A stretch of DNA of 64,000 nt from Cyanobacteriota bacterium (lineage in GTDB: Bacteria; Cyanobacteriota; Cyanobacteriia; Thermostichales; Thermostichaceae). The notes under the pieces were generated by a model that did no database searches, was not told the origin of the DNA, and saw nothing but the letters and a program-made list of their open reading frames with translations. The stretch spans positions 64,001 through 128,000 of the forward strand of contig JANRIL010000040.1 of NCBI GenBank assembly GCA_033764955.1, read 5' to 3'. Below, piece after piece: positions 32,890 to 40,482 of this stretch; the first letter of the stretch is position 1; every line of letters begins with the position of its first letter. Made by a program: the position numbers and the translations under genes.

Positions 32890-33650
32890 TGGAGATTTTT
32901 ATTGATAAATATCCATCACTAATTGAGATTGAGCAAGCTTTAGCTGAGCTACTTAAAGTTGATATCTCTCAGGTTGCAGCTACTTTGAGCTTCTCGGAAT
33001 ATTTAAAAACGAATAAGATTATTCCTCCTGTTGTTTGTGAAATAAAAATGGTTTCTGGGAATTTTTCTTGTTGTGTTTACCTACATCTACCTATTGAAAA
33101 AAATAAGGAGAAAGTCCTTGAGGTTATAGGTGGACTGTGTGAAATTCTAAATTGCAGGGCAATGATTTCTTATCGCGTTGGAAATTCTGGAGTTAAGATG
33201 TATTTATTTCTATCAAGGAGGGAATACTATAGAATTGCAATTATGGATGATGAAGAGTATTCAATTTGGCAACAAGTTTTAGAAATCTTAATTGAAACCC
33301 CTCCGATAGCACTAGATTTAAAGAATATTTTATCTGAATCTATGTGCTTGCCAAAAGATAATTTTTTTCATGAAGATGATTGGCATAAAACTCTTTTGTC
33401 AAGAAAAGTTATTTACTCATATTATAATTCTCATCAAAAATCTTCTGGCAATCTTTGTCTTTATATTCCTACAAATCATAGGTTTCTGAATCCATATAAT
33501 GAGATGGAAGTTGCAAAGAATATATCGAGAAAAATACAATGCAGAATTGCTATTCAGGATCTTTCAATAAATGAGAATGAAAGATTATGCTTTGATCCGT
33601 TAGTTAATAGTATAACTGTTATTCCTTTGTCTGAAATCACTGGTCAATGA
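32889..33650 (+). CDS. Candidate immunity protein for tip 1
   Basis: GTG start overlaps the carrier TAG; very AT-rich; two internal repeats. Confidence 0.65.
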   Translation: MEIFIDKYPSLIEIEQALAELLKVDISQVAATLSFSEYLKTNKIIPPVVCEIKMVSGNFSCCVYLHLPIEKNKEKVLEVIGGLCEILNCRAMISYRVGNSGVKMYLFLSRREYYRIAIMDDEEYSIWQQVLEILIETPPIALDLKNILSESMCLPKDNFFHEDDWHKTLLSRKVIYSYYNSHQKSSGNLCLYIPTNHRFLNPYNEMEVAKNISRKIQCRIAIQDLSINENERLCFDPLVNSITVIPLSEITGQ

Positions 33651-33722
33651 GATTTTTATATTGACAAATGAGAGGGTATTTTATTGTTTCTCGTGTGAGC
33701 AAAATGACTGATGAACTAGCCT

Positions 33723-34049
33723 CATTTTGGAAGGAGATATTGACTTAGATGGCTATATACAAGTGGGATTTAACCCAGAGATTGAGACCAGTTTATGGGG
33801 ATCCCCGCCTGGGTTATCGACAGCGAGATTAAAGCTCTTTGTTTTGCCGAAGATAGGGCTGAACTTTTATGTGAGGGGGGAGGTTGAGCTGCTGCCGGAT
33901 GAGATTGGGGTGGAGATAGAGCAGCCTCAATCGGGCAGCACATTGGCAGGGAATGAAAGTATTGTTCTCAGAGCAAGAGCGAGTGGAGATCCAAAGCTGG
34001 CTCTATTGGCGGGAGTAGATCTAACCCTCCGCGATGGTTCTGTAGAGGA
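33723..34049 (+). repeat. Direct repeat copy 2 (pre-tip homology arm)
   Basis: See 32082-32408; offset 1641 bp. Confidence 0.95.
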
Positions 34050-34611
34050 ATGTTCAGATTCTCAGCCTAGTTCCACATCTGCTTTGACAACTAAAAGAAC
34101 ATTACTTAATACAGCTACAGGAGGAGTTAGCTATAAGGGAATATGTGAATGTAAGCAGGTTTATGTTAGAGATGGAGTTGATTTAGCTACAGTTCCAGAA
34201 CCTCCTAGTCTTCCACCGTTACCAAGACATACAACATGTAATACTCATGGACAAAATACTAGAGATACAGGAGGAGTCAACTCTCGAAAAAAATGCTACG
34301 CAGGTAGCCCATTTGAGTCACATCATATTATTCAAGAAGCTGCGGTTAAAGGTATTAATGGCTACCCTACAAGTAAATCGACCAAAGCCTATACAGTTCT
34401 GTTATCTCCATCAGATCATCAAAAAGCAAATGCAGCTCAACCTCGCCCGCGACCAGCGGGAACCTATAGTAGTGAAAGAGACATTGCAATAAATGCATTG
34501 ACAGCAGCAAACCTTCAGGGTGATGAGGTTACAAAACAAATTGAGTGTGCTGACACTTTCTTTTATAGTCTTGGATTTCAGGATGATACAATTACCAATG
34601 CCGTAAATTAA
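33727..34611 (+). CDS. Orphan toxin cassette: carrier fragment plus SHH/HNH-type nuclease tip
   Basis: First ~107 aa nearly identical to the carrier pre-tip region; no signal peptide; tip has ESHHIIQEAAV...DHQKANAAQ...GTYSSER motif pattern. Confidence 0.7.
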   Translation: MEGDIDLDGYIQVGFNPEIETSLWGSPPGLSTARLKLFVLPKIGLNFYVRGEVELLPDEIGVEIEQPQSGSTLAGNESIVLRARASGDPKLALLAGVDLTLRDGSVEECSDSQPSSTSALTTKRTLLNTATGGVSYKGICECKQVYVRDGVDLATVPEPPSLPPLPRHTTCNTHGQNTRDTGGVNSRKKCYAGSPFESHHIIQEAAVKGINGYPTSKSTKAYTVLLSPSDHQKANAAQPRPRPAGTYSSERDIAINALTAANLQGDEVTKQIECADTFFYSLGFQDDTITNAVN

Positions 34612-34630
34612 CTTGTGGAGAACTCTTAAA

Positions 34631-35125
34631 ATGACACAGGATCAAGATCAAAGCTGCAAAACGATAGAACTGTCTAGCCTCGTTCCCATACTCAAAGAAT
34701 TAGCTCATGATATCGTCAATAGAAACTTCGAGAAACTGCTTTCAAAGAATCAAATAGAACCAGAAAACTTAGACTATATGACTCAAGCTCTAGATAATTA
34801 TGCTGGGACTGCTGTAGAACCTCCTGACACAGAAATATATCGAGCAATTGGACAGATGGCTCAATACACACTAAGTAGTTTCATGGCAAATGAGATACCT
34901 AACTATGAGGAAGACTATGAGTCTTACACTAAGCAAGATATTGATAAGATGGTTGTTACTATAGATTTACCCAGTTTACCCAGTCTTTATATTGAATTAT
35001 TGCTTGAGCCTAGCCCAACAGAAAAAAAAGAAAAGCATATTACGACTGCTATATGTGTTTGCATAGATGTTTTCCTATCAAATGATAGATTCTCAGTAAA
35101 AGCTAACTACATGTATATTTCTTGA
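34631..35125 (+). CDS. Candidate immunity protein for tip 2 (copy A)
   Basis: 19 bp after the orphan toxin stop; GGAG upstream; acidic; AT-rich. Confidence 0.65.
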   Translation: MTQDQDQSCKTIELSSLVPILKELAHDIVNRNFEKLLSKNQIEPENLDYMTQALDNYAGTAVEPPDTEIYRAIGQMAQYTLSSFMANEIPNYEEDYESYTKQDIDKMVVTIDLPSLPSLYIELLLEPSPTEKKEKHITTAICVCIDVFLSNDRFSVKANYMYIS

Positions 35126-35215
35126 TGGAATGCATTGACACTTTCTTTTATAGTCTTGGATTTCAGGATGATACAATCACCAATGCCATAAAATAACTTC
35201 TGGGGGACTCTTAAA

Positions 35216-35713
35216 ATGACACAGGATGAACATCAAAACCGCAAAATGATAGAATTGTCTAGCCTCGTTCCCATACTCAAAGAATTAGCTCATGATATCA
35301 TCAATAGAAATTTTGAAAAACTAATTTCGCAAGATCAAATAAGACAAGAGAGAGTAGACTATATGATTCAATCTCTAGATGATTATGCTGGAACTGCTGT
35401 AGATCCTCCTGACACAGAAATATATCGAGCAATTGGACAGATGGCTCAAGGCACACTAGATAATTTCATGGTAAACGAGATACCTAAATATGAGGAAGAC
35501 TATGAGGCTTATACCAAGCAAAATGTTGACAATATGGTTGTTACTACAGATTTACCCAGCCTTTATAGAGAACTATATATCGAATTATTTCTTGAGCCTA
35601 ACCTAACAGAGAAAAAAGAAAAGCATATTACGACCTCTTTACGTGTTTGCATAGATGTTTTCCTGTCAAATGATGGATTCTCAGTAAAAGCTACCAACAT
35701 GTATATTTCTTGA
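35216..35713 (+). CDS. Candidate immunity protein for tip 2 (copy B, diverged paralog)
   Basis: Colinear paralog of 34631-35125 (IELSSLVPILKELAHDI, YAGTAV.PPDTEIYRAIGQMAQ, MYIS*). Confidence 0.65.
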   Translation: MTQDEHQNRKMIELSSLVPILKELAHDIINRNFEKLISQDQIRQERVDYMIQSLDDYAGTAVDPPDTEIYRAIGQMAQGTLDNFMVNEIPKYEEDYEAYTKQNVDNMVVTTDLPSLYRELYIELFLEPNLTEKKEKHITTSLRVCIDVFLSNDGFSVKATNMYIS

Positions 35714-35813
35714 TGGCATTATGAGTCTAATACTCTTGTCTGCTGGGTAAAGAGCTTTGCTTAATAAGCTTCTGATTCGTAATTATCATTTACTATAATC
35801 TTCCGAAAATAAC

Positions 35814-38489
35814 ATGAAAAAGACTTTTCTTTTCTTTGATGAATCTCTAATAACTACCTTTTCCCCTTTTCAAAGACTTATGCAAAATCTAGGACTCCTC
35901 TGTGGAATTTTGCTGCTATTTTTGATCACCAGTTGTGGCTCTAGCACCTCCTCTACGATTGCTCCTGCTGCTGCCTCCGATTCTTCCCCTCTCCAACTGT
36001 CCCTAGAAGTTCCTCTCCCTGGTTTTGCTTCCCTAGAGGTTCCCCTTATCCAAGCAAGTGAGATCTTGTCTGTGGATATCCCCATCTATAGCGCCCACTA
36101 CCCCATCATCTGGAGCAGTAGTGCTAATCCAGACCAAGTGATCGCCCAATCTCGCTCTCAACTAACCGTCTCTCCGGATCCCTGTGTCATCCCCAGCGCA
36201 GGCAACCACACCCTGACGGCGACTGTCTTCAATCCCCTCGACTTTGGCCTCTATTTCCCCCTTGCCACTACGGCTATTCCCATTACCCTTGACCCTGGTT
36301 GTATCAGCCTCTCCATTGAGTCGGTTGCTCTGCCCGCTACGACTAACGATGGCACTCCCGAATCTCTCAAAGTTTGTGTGGCGCTAGAAGATGCTGATGG
36401 CTCCCTCCTCCTCGATGAAACCGGCAATCGTCCGGCAGTCTCACTCTTGTTTGAGCCACAATCAGGTACGGTTGACCCCGCAACAGGCAGCACAGATAAC
36501 CAAGGATGCTTCCGTACCACTGCCACCCTCACTCAAAACCTGGGGACGTTCCAAGTCAAGATCACGGCTGAATACCAACCAGAGCCAAATAATTCCTATA
36601 CGCTGACCGCCAGCGATAGTGCCCAGATGAGGGATCCCTGTGATGTCAGTGACCCCGCCGAGAAACCCTTTTGCACTTGTGAAGCAGGTTCCTGTCCTTC
36701 TCCCTCTCCGGATCCCTCTCCGGATCCATCACCTAATCCCTCTCCTAATCCATCCCCATCGCCACCGCCTCCATCCCCACGACCTAGTCCACCTCCTTGT
36801 TCTAACTGCACTCCAGGCGGTAGTTGGGGTGAGCCTCATGTCTATACCTTTGACCGCCTTGCCTACGATTTCCAATCGATTGGGGAGTTTGTGCTGGCTG
36901 CTTCCCTCTACTCCGATTGGCAAATCCAAGGGCGTCAAACCTATTGGCTTCCCAAAACCCGTCAAGTGGCTATCAACCAAGCCATGGCCACTCGTCTCGG
37001 CTCCACTCGCCTGATGATTGATGCTTTTGCGGACATCCCCCTCTGGCTAGACGGTCAACCCTCTCCCCTCCAGGATGGACAACTGCTCACCTGGGAAGAT
37101 GGTTCTGCTCTCTACTATGACCTTGATGAGCGAAAGGGCAGTGGCTGGCACACCTACCGACTGATTTGGCCGGATGGATCCCAACTGCAAGCTCAAGTGC
37201 GGGGGATCAATGGCATTGATCAAGGTGAAGCCCGTTTCTTAGATCTGACATTACACTTACCTGCTCAGTTAGCAGGCTCAGTACGAGGATTATTGGGCAA
37301 TTTCAATGGGGATCCCCAGGATGATGTGCAAACTCGTCAGGGAGAAGTGTTGAGTGGGGTGCTCTCCTTTGAGCAGATCTATCAAAGTTATGCCAACTCT
37401 TGGCGGATTTCCCAGGCGGAATCCTTGTTTGACTATTCACCTGGGGAAAGCACAGCCACCTTGACTGACCTCAATTTCCCCCAGCAATATGTCAGTGCCA
37501 GTACCCTGCCAGAGGAGGACTATCAGGTGGCTCAAACCGCTTGTCAAAGCGCTGGAGTGCCAGAACTATTGCTGTCAGATTGCATTCTGGATGTAGCACT
37601 GACTGGGGATCCCAAACTGGCTACGGTGGCAGCAGAAACGGCAGCAAGCCTTGGCGCAGAAAATTTACCCACGGCTAGCTTGGGGGTGATCACTCCCACC
37701 ACACCAACTCCTGGCTACCTGTTGTGGGGCATGACTGCTGCTGGAGCCGATATCATCGCCATCACCGACACCGCAGAATTAGTGCGGATTAACCCCCAAG
37801 GAGAGATTGGGTCGATAGCGTCTGGGCTGGTCAATAATTTCACCTTTGTGGCTGGGCTAGAGGAAGATTTCATTGTGGCCTCGCCCAGTGGTTATCCGCC
37901 GCTGCGGGTGACGCCCACGGGTGAGGTGACTCCCTTCATTAGCTTTGCCGTGAGCGAGTCAGGGCCTTGGATTGAATTGGTGCGGGGATTAGCTTCCCAA
38001 GGGTCATCGGTGTGGATGACGCTCAACTCTCAATATGTGGGGGGATCCCTCCAGAGCCGCCAGAGTCCTTATGTTTTACCTGTGGGATCCCATCTGGTGA
38101 GGGTGAATGAGCAGGCAGAGGCAACGACACTATGGTCTGACTTGGAGGATCCCTATGCTTTGGGGGCGGTGACGGTGATGGGAGAGGAGGTGGTTGTGGT
38201 GAAGGGCAATCAGCTCCTCAAAATCTCTCCGACAGGACAGGCAAGAGAATGGGTCAGTTTGGATTTTGTGGCGGCGGTGCAGGGGTTGGTGGCTGGGTCG
38301 GATAGGCTGTGGTTACTTGGTCAGCCCAGCTATGGATCCCCTCCTTCCCTCTGGCGGATTAGCCCTGATGGGGAGGTGAGTCTTTTGCTGGAAGGGTTAC
38401 CTCAGATCGGTGGCATGACCCTCCTCAAGACTGACTTGATGTTGGCAGACCTCACCCACCGCCAACTGCTGCGGATCTTTCAACCCTAA
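35814..38489 (+). CDS. Predicted lipoprotein with Ig-like domains, Pro-rich linker, von Willebrand factor D (VWD) domain and C-terminal beta-propeller-like repeats
   Basis: LLFLITSC lipobox-like signal; (PSP)n linker; SWGEPH..TFD..AYDFQSIGEFVL and RGLLGNFNGDPQDD VWD motifs; Cys pair AC....DCILDV. Confidence 0.8.
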   Translation: MKKTFLFFDESLITTFSPFQRLMQNLGLLCGILLLFLITSCGSSTSSTIAPAAASDSSPLQLSLEVPLPGFASLEVPLIQASEILSVDIPIYSAHYPIIWSSSANPDQVIAQSRSQLTVSPDPCVIPSAGNHTLTATVFNPLDFGLYFPLATTAIPITLDPGCISLSIESVALPATTNDGTPESLKVCVALEDADGSLLLDETGNRPAVSLLFEPQSGTVDPATGSTDNQGCFRTTATLTQNLGTFQVKITAEYQPEPNNSYTLTASDSAQMRDPCDVSDPAEKPFCTCEAGSCPSPSPDPSPDPSPNPSPNPSPSPPPPSPRPSPPPCSNCTPGGSWGEPHVYTFDRLAYDFQSIGEFVLAASLYSDWQIQGRQTYWLPKTRQVAINQAMATRLGSTRLMIDAFADIPLWLDGQPSPLQDGQLLTWEDGSALYYDLDERKGSGWHTYRLIWPDGSQLQAQVRGINGIDQGEARFLDLTLHLPAQLAGSVRGLLGNFNGDPQDDVQTRQGEVLSGVLSFEQIYQSYANSWRISQAESLFDYSPGESTATLTDLNFPQQYVSASTLPEEDYQVAQTACQSAGVPELLLSDCILDVALTGDPKLATVAAETAASLGAENLPTASLGVITPTTPTPGYLLWGMTAAGADIIAITDTAELVRINPQGEIGSIASGLVNNFTFVAGLEEDFIVASPSGYPPLRVTPTGEVTPFISFAVSESGPWIELVRGLASQGSSVWMTLNSQYVGGSLQSRQSPYVLPVGSHLVRVNEQAEATTLWSDLEDPYALGAVTVMGEEVVVVKGNQLLKISPTGQAREWVSLDFVAAVQGLVAGSDRLWLLGQPSYGSPPSLWRISPDGEVSLLLEGLPQIGGMTLLKTDLMLADLTHRQLLRIFQP

Positions 38490-38708
38490 AGATGAGCACT
38501 GCGGCTAGCCCCTTGCCTATGGAGCGGGATCCCACACCCACTCTTGAAAAACTGGTATCTCATCATCCCAGGGATCCCTTGCCTCAACATCTGCTCTCTC
38601 AGGCTCTCTGCTTGCTGGGCGCTCACTTCTGGCTCAAATATTAAACATCAACAGAACCTAGAACCCGACGAGGCATAATAATGAGGCTCCCCTCTGCTCG
38701 GATGGAAT

Positions 38709-39035
38709 TTGATGGAGTCTTCTTCTTCCCCCGCCCCCAAGCCGGAACTAGGATTTTGGAATAGCCTGCTGGGCACTCTCCTGGCGGGATCCCTTGGCTA
38801 CGGATTTTATCTGTTGCTGAATGGCATCGCTGCTAAATTGCCGGCAATCTCTGATAACGCTGCCCCCCTGGCTCGCAGCCTCAGCATTTTGATTCGCTAT
38901 TTCTTGGTGGGATCCGTTGCCCTAATGACCTTTATGTTTGGGGTGGTGACTCTGGGTTTATTGGGCTTGACCCTACAACTGTTGGGGCAGCAAATTCGTG
39001 GCTGGTTGACAAAGCCGGATCCCTCCCAACTTTAG
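38709..39035 (+). CDS. DUF3082-like membrane protein
   Basis: Two TM helices; pattern of the cyanobacterial DUF3082 family. Confidence 0.65.
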   Translation: MMESSSSPAPKPELGFWNSLLGTLLAGSLGYGFYLLLNGIAAKLPAISDNAAPLARSLSILIRYFLVGSVALMTFMFGVVTLGLLGLTLQLLGQQIRGWLTKPDPSQL

Positions 39036-39192
39036 TTAGAAAATTGAGATCATAAGTCAACACAAAAACTCCTCACCATAAAGATAGTCAGGAGAGATAG
39101 TCAGGGAGTTCTTAGCGAGCTTGAGTAAAAAACTTGGAAAGCTAGCTACTGCCTTTCCCTTAATTATCAAGCACAGATCATGCACAGACCAA

Positions 39193-39232
39193 CTCCCCTC
39201 TCCTGTCTGGGGAGAGGGGTTGGGGGTGAGGG
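39193..39232. repeat. Dispersed cyanobacterial-type palindromic repeat (CCCCTCTCC-N7-GGAGAGGGG-TTGGGGGTGAGGG)
   Basis: 9-bp stem plus G-rich tail between convergent genes; a degenerate relative lies at about 16818-16858 (both end GTGAGGGCTGT). Confidence 0.6.
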
Positions 39233-39275
39233 CTGTATTTAACTATCTAGGGACAATCTGTAAGTCCTTTTCAGG

Positions 39276-40235
39276 TTAACGAGCTAAGTTAAGCAACTCT
39301 TTGGGAGAAGCCAGCAAATCAATCGCTACAAAGAAGATTTTCCCTTCGGGATTGAGCAAAAATCTCCAGGCAATATTCATCCCTACATTGGCTCCAAACC
39401 AGGGGGTTTGCACCTTGCCCGTGACTTTAACTTGCGTAAATCCATCCTCAATCAGTTCCGAAACACCCCGCTCAGGCAGTAATTTTAGATTTTGGCATTC
39501 TTCTAGCAAATAACGGAAGATCTCCTCCCGTCCCACAATCGGCTTTTGAAAAGGAGGCTGCAATGCCCCATCCGCTGCAAAAAGCTCCAGAACCGCACTA
39601 AAATCGTTGGCATTCATGTTGTCTATATAATTGAGGACGGTCTGGTTAAAGAGTCCTTCAATCGTGGCTTTTGTGCGTTGGGAAAGTTCTTTGGGAGGAG
39701 AGAGGGGTTCGGCAATACGGGTGTAGTTGCCAAAGGCGGAAGAGTCGTATCCCATATCCACCACAGCGCTACGCAAAATCGTGATCTGTTGCCCTTTATC
39801 TGCTTCTTGAATGGTTTTCAGAACAGCCGCTGCATTAGCCGACAGTTGATAATCACTGGGAATCGGCGCGACTAACCCCTTTTCCATCCATTGCCCTAAC
39901 TGATACCAAAAGCCCAACTTGACATTAGGAGTAAAAATCCCGTAGGTGCGCCCAATCGGAGTATCAATCCGTTTGACCAAATCAAACATCACCTTGGTTT
40001 GTTCGGAGAAAGGCATCTGCTTAATTTGGTTGAGGATCCCTTCCGCCAAGACCATGCTGGCAGCTCCGGGGGCAGCAATGGTGATGGTTTTCCCCATTTC
40101 TACATAAGCAAACCAGATCAAAGCCAGTTGATCTTCGACACTAAGCTGGGCAAATCGAGCAATCGTAGCTGGAACCACATCTGCCGTCAACGTGCTAGGG
40201 AAAATTCCTCGTGCAGAATCAACAGTAAAGCGCAT
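39276..40235 (-). CDS. ocp: Orange carotenoid protein (full NTD plus NTF2-like CTD)
   Basis: FTVDSARGIFP..L.ADVVPATIARF, KLGFWYQL, GALQPPFQKPIVG, VQTPWFG and IFFVAIDLLASPKELL. Confidence 0.97.
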   Translation of the reverse strand: MRFTVDSARGIFPSTLTADVVPATIARFAQLSVEDQLALIWFAYVEMGKTITIAAPGAASMVLAEGILNQIKQMPFSEQTKVMFDLVKRIDTPIGRTYGIFTPNVKLGFWYQLGQWMEKGLVAPIPSDYQLSANAAAVLKTIQEADKGQQITILRSAVVDMGYDSSAFGNYTRIAEPLSPPKELSQRTKATIEGLFNQTVLNYIDNMNANDFSAVLELFAADGALQPPFQKPIVGREEIFRYLLEECQNLKLLPERGVSELIEDGFTQVKVTGKVQTPWFGANVGMNIAWRFLLNPEGKIFFVAIDLLASPKELLNLAR

Positions 40236-40350
40236 AGGGTGTCCTACTTTGAAATGATTTTTGGCATCCGTCAAGGTCAAGAAACCCTGGGAATGTTGGG
40301 GACGCTGACCCAGCAATTTTTAGCCTTGACTTTACTTAGCTTATCATAAT

Positions 40351-40368
40351 GCAACATTTCTTTACAAA
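40351..40368. promoter_or_regulatory. Possible HLR1-like (RpaB) direct repeat upstream of ocp
   Basis: GCAACATT-N2-TTTACAAA; one half matches the consensus and the other is degenerate. Confidence 0.3.
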
Positions 40369-40482
40369 TTTTTCAGGATGGGCACGCCCAAACGGCTCCT
40401 CTCCCTCTCTAAACAGGCATGAAAGAGGAACCATGGGATCCCCTTTAGGGTTGGATCCCCCTAGCTCAAACCAGAAAAGTGT

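Larger units (their letters stand above)
34543..35716 (+). repeat. Tandem duplication (~585-bp unit) of toxin 3' end plus immunity gene
   Basis: TGACACTTTCTTTTATAGTCTTGGATTTCAGGATGATACAAT occurs at about 34551 and 35136; both units end ATGTATATTTCTTGATGG. Confidence 0.92.

Noticed and set aside
32082..34049. Direct repeat considered as a DGR template/variable repeat pair
   Set aside because: Mismatches are not confined to adenines, are mostly synonymous, and there is no reverse transcriptase in the window
36697..36800. Short tandem repeats that could be mistaken for an array (similar tracts at 57.3-57.9 kb)
   Set aside because: They encode Pro/Ser/Thr linkers within CDSs; no repeat-spacer structure and no cas genes in the window
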